Shown here piece after piece: positions 49,001 to 59,730 of a DNA stretch of 64,000 nt; position 1 is the first letter of the stretch, and each line of letters starts with the position of its first letter. Both the position numbers and the translations under genes were made by a program. The notes below the pieces were generated by a model. It did no database searches and was not told where the DNA came from. It saw nothing but the letters and a program-made list of their open reading frames with translations. This DNA is from Mustelus asterias (Eukaryota): the NCBI RefSeq assembly GCF_964213995.1, contig NC_135814.1, positions 59,830,001-59,894,000 on the forward strand, given 5' to 3'.

Positions 49001-52000
49001 CAAACTCCACACAGACAGTGACCCGAGCCTGGAATCGAACCCGGGACCCTGGAGCTGTGAAGCAACAGTGCTAACCACTGCGCCACCGTGCCGCCCCATA
49101 GATAGATAGATACCCTACAGTGCAGAAAGAGGCCATTTGGCCCATCGAGTCTGCACTGACCACAATCCCACCCAGGCCCTACCCCCATGTCCCTACATAT
49201 TTACCCACTAATCCCTCTAACCTACACATCTCAGGACACTAAGGGGCAATTTTAGCATGGCCAATCAACCCAACCCACATGGCAGAGCACATGGGCGGCA
49301 CGGTAGCACAGTGGTTAGCACTGCTGCTTCACAGCTCCATGGACCTGGGTTCGATTCCTGGCTTGGGTCACTGTCTGTGTGGAGTTTGCACATTCTCCTC
49401 ATGTCTGCGTGGGTTTCCTCCGGGTGCTCCAGTTTCCTCCCACAGTCCAAAGATGTGCGGGTTAGGTTGATTGGCCATGCTAAAACTGCCCCTTAGTGTC
49501 CTGAGATGCGTAGGTTAGAGGGATTAGTGGGTAAATATGTAGGGATAAGGGGGTAGGGCCTGGGTGGGATTGTGGTCGGTGCAGACTTGATGGGCCAAAT
49601 GGCCTCTTTCTGTACTGTAGGGTTTCTGTGATTTCTATCTTTGAAATTTCTTTGAGGTTTCTTTGAGAAACCTTAGGTGTAGATCTTTGTATAAATTGTC
49701 AGTAAAGCTTGTCCTTTTGATACTTCCAATCAAGTATCAATTACTTGTTTAGAAATGTCTGTGGCCATGGTGCATTATCAGTTTCCTGCAGCTTTGACAT
49801 AGTTGAGCATGCCATCTTTCTCCAACACCATTCCTCCATTATCTCGCTCTAGGTGAAACTGCCTTGGTTTGGTTTCACTCTCCAATTGTAGGTAGAGCGT
49901 ATAAAAAAACTTCTTTACCCTCCACTGCACCATCCCATGTCTATCCACGTGCTGACACTTGTTGACACTTGCATGCTAATGTCATTCAGCTCCTCCACTG
50001 CACTGCCTCTGTGCTGTTAACACAGTAAGAGTTTTAACAACACCAGGTTAAAGTCCAACAGGTTTATTTGGTAGCAAATACCATTAGCTTTCGGAGCGCT
50101 GCACCTTCGTCAGATGGAGTGGGAATGTGCTCTCAAACAGGGCACAGACACAAAATCAAGTTACAGAATACTGATTAGAATGCGAATCTCTACAAGCAAC
50201 CAGATCTTAAAGATACAGACAATGTGGGTGGAGGGAGCATTAAGCACAGGTTAAAGAGATGTGTATTGTCTCCAGACAGGATAGCCTGCAAGTCCAGGAG
50301 GCAAGCTGTGGGGGTTACTGATAATGTGACATAAATCCAACATCCCGGTTTAGGCCGTCCTCATGTGTGCGGAACTTGGCTATCAGTTTCTGCTCAGCGA
50401 CTCTGCGCTGTCGTGTGTCATGAAGGCCGCCTTGGCGAATGCTTACCTGAAGATCAGAGACTGAATGCCCATGGCTGTCTGGAGACAATACACATCTCTT
50501 TAACCTGTGCTTAATGCTCCCTCCACCCACATTGTCTGTATCTTTAAGATCTGGTTGGCTGTAGGGATTCGCATTCTAATCAGTATTCTGTAACTTGATT
50601 TTGTGTCTGTGCCCTGTTTGAGTGTTCTCTTCCTGTTGGGGAGCACTTCAGCGGTCACGGGCATTCGGCCTCTGATATTCGGGTAAGCGTTCTCCAAGGC
50701 GGCCTTCGCGACACACGACAGCGCAGAGTCGCGGAGCAGAAACTGATAGCCAGGTTCCGCACACACAAGGACGGCCTCAACCGGGATATTGGGTTTATGT
50801 CACACTATTTCACATAAATATTTCTGCTTTTTTCCTCCTGAGTCTTTATCATGCGATCCTAGAATCAGAATTTATGTCACACTATTTGTAACTCCCACAG
50901 TTGCGTGGACCTGCAGAGTTTCACTGGCTGTCTTGTCTGGAGACAATACACATCTTTTTAGCCTGTCTTGATGCTCTCCCCACTCCCATTGTTTTGTTTC
51001 TTAAAGACTGGATTAGTTGTAAGTATTCGCATTCCAACCATTATTCATGTAAATTGAGTCTGTGTCTTATAAGTTCTGTTTGTGAACAGAATTCCCACTC
51101 ACCTGAAGAAGGGGCTCAGAGCCTCGAAAGCTTGTGTGGCTTTTGCTACCAAATAAACCTGTTGGACTTTAACCTGGTGTTGTTAAACTTCTTACTGAGA
51201 GCACATTCCCACTCCATCTGACGAAGGTGCAGCGCTCCGAAAGCTAATGGTATTTGCTACCAAATAAACCTGTTGGACTTTAACCTGGTGTTGTTAAAAC
51301 TCTTACTGTGTTCACCCCAGTCCAACGCCGGCATCTCCACATCTGTGCTGTTAGACAGATTTCTAAATATTGAGGACATCAAGGCCTATGGGGATAGTGT
51401 TTGGAAAATGGCTTTGAGGTAGAAGTTCAGCCATGATCTAGCTGAATGACAGAACAGACTTGAGAGGCCAAATGGCTGATTCCTCCTATTTTCTATGTAA
51501 GGACCCATGTTCTCACATACATATTACTAGGTTATATCGTTGCATGGTTCAGTATCATGACCGAAGTTTATATTCACTTTAATTGAATAGAAGCATTCTA
51601 ACTATTTTGGTTCAGTATTTAGCAGGGTGCTAGATCAGGTAGACATTTGCTGTGCACTGGGCTGGCCTTTAAAAATGGTGCCTGGATCATCGCTTTGCTG
51701 AGTTGATGATGGGGTAAGCGAATCAGAGGATGCCCGCCAGCAGTACGATGTAGAACCCCCACCTGCCTGCCTTTTTCTCAAAGTCCCACACTATTGCAGA
51801 AAAAGCCACCATTGGCACCTCAATGGCCCTTTTCCTGCCTGATGTTAGAGAAAATCTCGCCCAATGTTTTCATTTATAGGGAAGAGCATAACTAGAGCCT
51901 AACAATGTAAGATAGCCATCAAGAATTTCAACAGGAAATTCAAAAGGAATGTCTTTACCCAAACAGTGGTGAGAATGTGCTACTACATAGGGAGTGGTTA

Positions 52001-53140
52001 AAATGAATAGTATACATGCATTCAAGGGGAAGCTAGACAAGCATAAGAAGAAGAAGGGAATAGAGGGTTACAAGATAGATTTGGATGAGGATAGATGGGA
52101 GGGGGCTCAAGTGGAATGTAAATGCCAACATGTACTTGTGCCAAATGACCTATTTCTGTGCTGTATATCCTACGTAAGTCTATGTAAACCATGAACAAAA
52201 TCAGATGAATGAAGCAAATTTAATTTCACAATTGTATAACTTCTTAGAATATACTATTGAACTGTTTTTTCTGAAATGGAAATGATATGGTGATTTTGAC
52301 AGATGTTTAATTTATTTTAAGGATGGGACAGAGTAGAACACAGTGGACTGTTTCCAGTGATTGTGATGATTAGATTGAGGAGATATAGGTATAAAAATTA
52401 AATGTAAGGAATTTAGTATAAAATGCAACACTTTTTGAAGATGATGAAACTGTAGAACACAAGGAGAAACCAACTCAACGTTCCTGAATAGTTTTGGCAA
52501 ATGATTGAAGGTACAGAAATTTGGAAGCAGGGAGGGCACATTGGATCGTGTCCGTTGACTATCAACACTGATTAGTTGGGCTGAGCGAGCTGTTTATGTA
52601 AACGATTGCTTGACATATGACCCTGTTAATAATTCGCTGCTACTTCACAACATTCAATGAACATAAAATGTAGGCAGATATCTAATAGTACAGCTGCTGT
52701 TGGATGTACTTCAAAGCATGCTGCAGTGGGTTTAAATTGCCCCAATGATTAAAACTCAGCCACTGGTCATGTAGGCAGGACTTTCACTGAAACATTGAAG
52801 AAACTGACTTGGCCTATCTGTGCTTTGCAATAAGTGCACCTTCTTGGCTATGTGCAAGGCAAAACTAAGCCAAAGTGGAGGATTTTAATATCTGTTTACT
52901 CTCTCTCTTTTGAAGTTAGATGCTTGGAAGTAATATTTGTGGAGGTAAAATGTACACTTTGAACCAAGATGATAAACTTTTATCTTTCAACCATTTACAG
53001 AGACTGCTCAGATTTCTTGCAGTTCCTCACCGACTGCAAATGGTGAATTCCCTCCAATGGCCATTCCAGAAGAAAATATTGCAAACTCGAGGAATAAATT
53101 ATCTGAGACAGAGAGTCCTTTTGTTGCACTTTCAAGTTGA
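33911..53140 (+). CDS. PLEKHA3: Pleckstrin homology domain-containing A3 (FAPP1), join 33911-33950, 44013-44129, 44501-44656, 45916-46052, 47757-47921, 48094-48137, 48599-48726, 53001-53140; 927 nt, 308 aa
   Basis: PH domain [36 protein letters not shown]...[13 protein letters not shown], then [19 protein letters not shown]; GT-AG junctions in frame; head-to-head with FKBP7. Confidence 0.95.
34066..37160. mobile_element. Old Penelope-like element fragments in inverted arrangement (GIY-YIG remnant)
   Basis: FIIGETK.S..DCF in ORF 34544..35242 (-) and the mirror-image ctctacattgggaagac...gtagaacacctt at ~35890 (+); pLTR-like ends at 34090-34190 and 36710-36815; a SINE is inserted at ~36157-36417. 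Confidence 0.7.
38323..40878 (-). mobile_element. Tigger/pogo DNA transposon remnant with decayed transposase
   Basis: ORF 39553..39834 [14 protein letters not shown]...[24 protein letters not shown] (DDE_1-like); TA dinucleotides at 38321-22 and 40879-80; degenerate TIRs. Confidence 0.8.
39869..40044. mobile_element. Short Penelope-like insertion (inverted ends)
   Basis: aacaccaggttaaagtccaa... followed by its inverse; 12-bp target duplication gcatttgaacat at 39857-39868 and 40045-40056. Confidence 0.85.
42498..42625 (-). mobile_element. Short Penelope-like end carrying a hammerhead ribozyme
   Basis: Same terminal sequence as 50023-50120; ttgaat repeated on both flanks. Confidence 0.8.
42556..42592 (-). 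ncRNA. Minimal type-I hammerhead ribozyme
   Basis: CCAT-CTGACGA-A-GGAGC(AGC)GCTCC-GAAA-GC-TA-ATGG. Confidence 0.75.
44013..44129 (+). CDS. PLEKHA3: PLEKHA3 exon 2 (117 nt)
   Basis: cctag| [38 protein letters not shown] |gtaaag. Confidence 0.95.
44501..44656 (+). CDS. PLEKHA3: PLEKHA3 exon 3 (156 nt)
   Basis: attag| [51 protein letters not shown] |gtaac. Confidence 0.95.
45030..45620 (+). mobile_element. LTR-like repeat (solo LTR candidate)
   Basis: Internal AATAAA, ends ...accctaaca; homologous to 20265-20420. Confidence 0.5.
45916..46052 (+). CDS. PLEKHA3: PLEKHA3 exon 4 (137 nt)
   Basis: tctag| [31 protein letters not shown]...SPSAE |gtatga. Confidence 0.95.
46817..47466 (-). mobile_element. 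Young 5'-truncated CR1 LINE
   Basis: Uninterrupted 183-aa ORF2 C-terminus ([19 protein letters not shown]...[14 protein letters not shown]), tandem cttatggt tail. Confidence 0.95.
47757..47921 (+). CDS. PLEKHA3: PLEKHA3 exon 5 (165 nt; alternative donor at 47927)
   Basis: tcatag| [36 protein letters not shown]...[10 protein letters not shown] |gttcgg or VR|gtatga. Confidence 0.92.
48094..48137 (+). CDS. PLEKHA3: PLEKHA3 exon 6 (44 nt)
   Basis: ttgcag| [16 protein letters not shown] |gtaagt. Confidence 0.9.
48599..48726 (+). CDS. PLEKHA3: PLEKHA3 exon 7 (128 nt, NAGNAG acceptor)
   Basis: cttcag|cag ...[23 protein letters not shown] |gtaagc; divergent, but phase-compatible with its neighbours. 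Confidence 0.8.
48765..49637. mobile_element. Cluster of three HE1-type SINEs (two minus, one plus)
   Basis: Full copy 48765-49097 (-), partial copy 49107-49280 (-), full copy 49292-49637 (+). Confidence 0.9.
50081..50117 (-). ncRNA. Minimal type-I hammerhead ribozyme
   Basis: CCAT-CTGACGA-AGGTGCAGCGCTCC-GAAA-GCTA-ATGG. Confidence 0.7.
51100..51136 (+). ncRNA. Minimal type-I hammerhead ribozyme (variant 2)
   Basis: CAC-CTGAAGA-A-GGGGCTCAGAGCCTC-GAAA-GCTT-GTG. Confidence 0.7.
51214..51250 (+). ncRNA. Minimal type-I hammerhead ribozyme (variant 1)
   Basis: CCAT-CTGACGA-AGGTGCAGCGCTCC-GAAA-GCTA-ATGG. Confidence 0.7.
53001..53140 (+). CDS. PLEKHA3: PLEKHA3 last coding exon (140 nt)
   Basis: tttacag| [25 protein letters not shown]...PFVALSS TGA; resembles the mammalian NG...IPEE...SS C-terminus. 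Confidence 0.85.
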
Positions 53141-56100
53141 AAACATGTGAATTAAAATGGATTAAAAAGATGCTCACTCCGCTGATATTGCTATGCAGTT
53201 ACTGCTGGCATTTAGGTATTCCAATAAGGTGAAATGGATCTGCAGTTTCCCAATTAAATGACTTTCTCTGCACTTTACTACATAAAATCAGAAAACTTGA
53301 CAAGCTTACCTAATCTGATTTCTATTATATATTTTCAGCAAATTACAACTGTATTTTCTACACTATATTGTGGAATCTGTTGTTTATTGATGGTCTGGTC
53401 TAGAACTTCTCCACACATAGCAAGGTGTCATTAAAAGTTGGTCACAACAGTGATACTTGATTGAAAAAATGAGGATATAACATGTGACAGAACACAGCAG
53501 TGCTAGAGGCGTGTACTTTTGTGACTGTTGCCAGGACAGGTTTGATACCATGAATTGAATCCTTGGGGTTGTACATGTCCATTGTTTGCACCTATCTATC
53601 CAGGAGGGATGTACATTCTGGAGCAATTGCTGTTAAATGTTGATCTTTGTTTAGACCTTTTATTTAATTTGGTGTTTGTACATTTTGAATGGAATCTTTG
53701 TTACATACATCAGTGCTGTACACTGTCTTAGGATGAGGTTTGGATTTTGCTTCATCTTTTCTAGTAGCAGCCAATTAGTACTGGTTATACCAGAACTCAA
53801 ATACTTGTAGAAACAGCTTCCAGAACACGACATGGTTAAAACTAATGTGTTCTGCACTATATTATAAAATCTTTTGTAAAAGAGACACGAGTAAATTCTT
53901 CCCGATTCAAAGTGTATGCAGTTTAGCGGAGATGGTAAACGTAGTGTATTTTATATCCAATAAAAATAGATTAATGAAAGACCATGGAAACCCAGAAACA
54001 AAATGTTACTGGCAACGACATAGATGTAATCTTTATATGATCGTCTCCAGCTGAGGTAAATAGTAGAGCTTTTCTTTGAAATTGATGTATCTATGATAAT
54101 TTATTTATCTGAGATAGAATTAATGTGTTATTTTCCAGTGGTCAAAAGGCGTTATAGTTCAGAACTATTTTTCTTCTTACTGTTTCCTTCCCTTAACCAG
54201 TTGTTTTCTGCTTATTTGTAGAGATTTAACTGGCTGTGCAATTCAAAGTTCTTGCATTTCTTTATCTGTTGCGCCTTTTTTTAAGCAGTGAGGACTTAGA
54301 TATTTCAGAGGAGTAAAATGTAGCTCTGTCCAAAATGTTGTCTAGACAAGTGCATTTAAATTAGAACAAAATGTAGTTTTGTAAAAAAAAATTAGAACGG
54401 CAATTCATTTATCGTCCAGTTAGCCAAAAACAAATTCAGTTCAAGAAACCTCTTCTACCTATTACTTCATTTGCTTTATCTTTGCCAATCAGTTTTGTTT
54501 AATTGTTTAGTTTATTCTACAAATCTGCCTCTTCCAGTCTGAAAAATGCCATTACGAAAGTGGGGGAGAAATTTCTTATTTTAGCAAACAAGAGGAAACA
54601 AAATTGTGGACATAATCTTTGTTCTGCTGCATATGGAACTAAAATTCAGATTAATAGCACTCCAGTTCTTTGAGATCACATCTTTCCTTCTTGTTATAGG
54701 TTTAAATTATCAAAATATTTGAAGCTGTGATGTGCGTATTTTATCTAATGATTGACAGCCCAATTTGGATAATATAAACTTATGAGCAGTATGTATAAAT
54801 TCTATTTCAAGCATGTTAAGCACTATCTGAGAATAGTATATCCTTAATGTCATAACTCCTTGTGCAAAGTATAGCACTTTAATCTCCAAAACTCTGTAGC
54901 AAAGTTCAGAAATTGCCTAATCTTGGTTCATTAACCAACTCCAGCTTTTAAAGGTCAAGAAAGTATTAAGCAAGTAAAAATGTTAGCATTTACATGCACC
55001 AGTAAATAATGGAGTTGATAGAACCAATTGGTTACATATGGATGTAAATTGTTAACCATGCCATCATTTTGTGCTGTGTATGTTTTTTCATAAAAAGTAC
55101 TGTGAATGTTAAGAGTTTGCATGCAAAATTCCATTGTTAAAGGAACAGAATTTTATATCAAGCAATATCTTTGAAAATGCATCAGTTTGGGTATTTAAGC
55201 TTAAAATACATGATTTTGCAGCTTGGCCAATAATTTAGTGACTTTATCCAGTGAAAAACTGAGTCTCATGTCAAGATGTTTGGTTTATGTTACGTTAACT
55301 AGCCTCCTGCTGAAGCAATGATCAGGATGGTACAATTGAGCTTGTGTTGCAGAAGGGAAAAATTAATCAGTATTTCAATTACCAACTGCTGTTGACCTTG
55401 CCTCTCCTTTTGTTAGCTCACACATGTAGATGTGGGGAAGATGGAATCAAGCTCAAATCTGGTATCTCCCACTGCCCAACCCAATGTTTCTTTTCCCACA
55501 TCTAATGGTCAGATAGTCTGCTAACATTGACTGTTTTGGTTCACATGTAAATAATAGCCACTTGGATAAGGTATTTGATTGAACCCAAAGCTCATCATCA
55601 GGAAGGGAGGGAAGAAAGTAGACGGAGAAAGAAAATTTCCCATTTATTTGTGTCTTAAAAGATGTAGCACTAAGTTCTATTAGTGACATTTTTCGCTATT
55701 AAAATTTAGAATGATAGAAAAATTACCACACTTTTTGAACCTTGATGCTTCTCAGTAATATAGTTTAACAATTTAAAGTTTAGTACATTAGATTTGGAGA
55801 TTTAAAAGAGGAAGAGAACTTCAAAAGGAAAGATTTATGTAATGCACTATAGAGTAGGCATTTTGAAGTATTATAATCCTAATTAATGGGTAATCCTGAG
55901 CCATTAAGATCTCAACGTGGTTGATTTATGATGTTAACATGTACAATGTTAAATTTTGCTTTCAGTGAATGTAAAATAGCTTACAGGAGATGGATTTTGC
56001 CATGTCTGTATGTCCATTAGGATGTGCTGGTTCGGCATGTGAAATGGGTTTCATTGCTGATCACTATCTGCTATCTTTCAATTACATTTCTTCATATAAA

Positions 56101-57930
56101 GAAATTAAACTTTTATGAAAATACTTTTGGTCAAGCTTGAAATGTTATTTGCATTGAGAAAATAACGAGGGAAAACACCTCCCCTTCAGAGGGGTATACA
56201 CAATCAAAGTTGTTGCTCTGCTGATTAGAGGTGATTGAATATTCCAACAGTCTGTACTGTAATATATTCAATCAATTATGCTAATTATGTTTAACCAACA
56301 GACTAGATCTTTTACATGTTAGTAGAACTTGAAGAGACTAATTAATAGTAAACAGTGACATTAAATGCTATACTAATAGTTTGAATTAAAGTTGAGTTCT
56401 GAATGTTAAGCTTATGTGGGAGAGGGGTGTACTGTTAGTATGTTGATTTACTACTCACTTTGTCAGTCACATTGATAAGCTCAGTGGTGAGATTTATATA
56501 ATCTGAATAAATTTTTGCAATTCTCATTAACTATTGAACTTTTTTGTATAACCTTATAAAATAATTTGTAACATTGATAGAAAGTATTTGTTATCTCCAA
56601 AACCAAATATTGAATCCTTGATTACTGAACACCCAAATCTTGGTTGAGCAGTTCTATCAGTAAAACACAAATAGCCACTGTTTTCCTTAAAGAACTTCTC
56701 CAATGTATCACAGCATCTATAAATTAGAATATCTGTCTTGGTAAATGATTTTCCCAGGTCTACTGTGTACACCTTCCAAAACTGCTCCTTATATTGACTA
56801 TATATGTAGACTGAATTAGTCACAAATGGCATACATTTTACCAGCAACCTTTTAGATCAACATGTAATTTGTAATTATAATTGAGCAGTCTTGGAAATTT
56901 TCCTTTACCAACTCTTGAGCATATGCTCACCAGTGCCAAATTCTACCTGTACACTTTGCTAAACCACATTTGACGCTTTATTTTTGAAGTGTACCATTCC
57001 AGACCATATTTGAATCTTGCATATATAATGAATCATGTACAGATATAGTATTTAACTACACTGAAAAACAGGTCTTAAGTGCATTTAAATTCCTTTAGTC
57101 CCCATGCTGATGCAAAGGATGGGATACTGAGGATATATTGTGTGAGATAAGATGATCCTGTTCTTTAACTCAACATTGAAATTTGGGAAGTCAGTATATT
57201 CAACTATAGCAATAATACCTAGAAAATAAAGGATTGAAACGTGGAAGCATTTTGATTTCTCTAAACTGTTTTCTGAAGTCTGAGAACATTCTGAATAGTT
57301 ATGTTTAAGATTGCCACAAACATTTAAGTTTGTTTAAGTATTACTCTTTAATATATTCCTGTTATGACAGAAGTCCATTAATTAATGCAACCAGAAATCT
57401 ATGAATCTTGTTATAAGAAGGCATTTGAATATCTTAGAACAGAACGCAGTATGGCTTAAAAATACTTTTTAAATTGAGAAATTATATCATGTTGGATAGT
57501 TATCTTTAAACATTTGGGCTCTATTCAATGGCCAACAGAGACCTGTGCCAATTAGCCAATGCTTTTAACTTTTCACAAGTACTAAAAGACTACCAGATGT
57601 GGTTGTTAAAGAAGAGGTATGTACTGTAGGAATGTAGGGATTTAGGTCTGGATATGATGCATTGTTCAATTGTGATTAACATTTTTTGTGGCTCCAATTT
57701 CTTGCTAAATAAAATCAAGCAAGCCTGATTTGTTTAATCAGTTGGACCAAAATCTACATTCAGGTGAATTAACTAGTTTTTTTATAACTAAAGAGAAAAT
57801 AATTGGGTTATATATATAAACACTGAAGGGAATACTTTAAGATTTTTTGTATACTTCATTGAACGTTTTAATAGTCCTCAACACTGAAAACATGATCTGT
57901 ATTGTAAGAATAAAAACTTGCTATTGCTAC
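53141..57930 (+). other. Probable long AT-rich 3' UTR of PLEKHA3
   Basis: ~5 kb nearly free of the repeats that fill the introns; AATAAA at ~57708 and ~57909. Confidence 0.45.
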
Positions 57931-58659
57931 TTTGTCTATGGTTTCTTACCTTGTTCCCTACCTGAATTTTAATTGATCAAAATAAAATGGGAAAACATTC
58001 CTGAGACTGCAGAGCTTATATACTTGTGCATAATGAGCAACATGCAGTGATGCACCTAATTTTGAGTTAGAAAGCCATAAATATAGGGGGTTTACAAATA
58101 TTGCTATTCTCAAAGTTGAAGCTTATGGGTTTATTAATCTAATAATGCCCTAACCCTCTAGATTGAACAGTACAGCAAAGATGATTGTCAGCACCAATAT
58201 GCATCATCTGACTCGTGCTACTGTAAATCTCTTCTGTGTTCTCAAAAAAGGTTTGCTCGTGACGCTTTCATCTCAAAAGTCTAGTCCTAAATGGTTATGT
58301 ATGTTTTATTGTTGTGTTCTCCCTGGAGCATAAAATCTAGAAAAGAACAAAATAATTCAATACTAGTTTAAAATAATAGCAATATGGTGTCCTTTCTGAT
58401 GGTGATCATTTGTGTGTGAACAGAATATTTATTCCAAAACCAATACCTAAAGAAGAAATGCTTGATGCCTAATAGCATTCTGATACTACAGTCCCGTGCT
58501 TGCCAAGGTAGCAAATGCTTGTGAATTCATCCATAGAAAAGACTTTTACTGTTGAAAAACTTTTTCAGAAGCCTGAATGTGATGGTGACCGGAAATAAGT
58601 GAGCAGGCCTGAGAGATTTAAATATATTTTGGCACGTGGACTTTTTTTTTCTGAAGAAA

Positions 58660-59730
58660 CGTCATCCAGCTGATACTTTCCTGGTTCCATTCTTATCCAT
58701 CTAATTGTAGCCAGAGTATCACTTGCCAAGCTCGACTGGCTGCTTCTGCACCGCTATCTCTGATGCAGCCCGAGGATCCATTCTTGGCTCCCTTCTCATC
58801 TAGGTGCCGCTCCTTGGCAATTTCATCTGAAAACACAGCATGAGTTTTCACATATATGCTAATGACTTCCAGCTCTAACTTTGCCACCATCTTTCTCGGC
58901 TCCGTCACTGTCATTGAATTATTAGTTTGTTAGATGTCCAGTAACGAATCAGCAAAATTTCCTCCCAATTCTATTGAGAAAAGCAATGTCTTCAGTTTCC
59001 ACTACAAACTTTGCTCCCTCACTACCAATTCCATACCTCTCCCTGGAAACTGAGGCTGAACCAGATTGTTTACAGCCTTGGAGTCACGTTTGACCACATA
59101 CCCGTACCATCACTGAGACTCTTATTTTCAGTTCTGTGACAGTGTCTGATTTCACCCCTGCCTCAAATCATCTGCTGTTAAAACCCTCATCCATGCCTTT
59201 GTTACCTCTACAATAGACTAATGAACTCCTGGCCCACCACCCACATGCTATTATCCTCCATTAAATTTGCTCGACTGATTGTGGCCTTACCTGAACCAAT
59301 TTCCATTCACTTACCACCCCTGTGCTCTCTGATGTACTCCCAGTTCAGAAATGCATTAATTTTATCACCATTGCTCTCCAATCCCACCATGTCAGTACCA
59401 CCCCCCTCCCCCAACTCCCATTTCTGTAAATTCTCCATCACAATTGTCCAAGATTTTGATTCTCATTCTGGCTGTTTGAAATCCTTGATTTTAACTGCCC
59501 ACCATTGTGGTTAGGCCTGCAACAGCTGAGACCCTTAACTCGGGAATTATTTTCCTAAATGTCGTTGCCTCTCTACCTCTCTTTGCTCCTTTAAAATGTT
59601 TCTTAAAGGTTACCTCTTTGACTAAGTTTTTGGCCATCTCCGCTCATGTGGCACCATTTGACATCAGGCCACCTAACTTCTATGTCAAGCTCCTTGGGTG
59701 CTTTTGGTATATTAAAGGTGCAAAATAAAT
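58660..59730 (+). mobile_element. Degenerate L2-like LINE 3' region
   Basis: tatgctaatgacttccagctcta (YADDxQL-like), aaaccctcatccatgcctttgttacctc, attaaaggtgc..aataaatac tail. Confidence 0.6.

Larger units (their letters stand above)
50020..51341. mobile_element. Young Penelope-like element, 5'-inverted composite with GIY-YIG C-terminal fragments and pLTRs
   Basis: Peptide [39 protein letters not shown]; inverted terminal copies; target duplication tctgtgctgtta at 50008-50019 and 51342-51353. Confidence 0.88.

Noticed and set aside
49292-49370. tRNA gene candidates (A/B boxes; also 6917, 29160-29233 and 61215)
   Set aside because: tRNA-derived heads of SINEs continuing into a SINE body and tail
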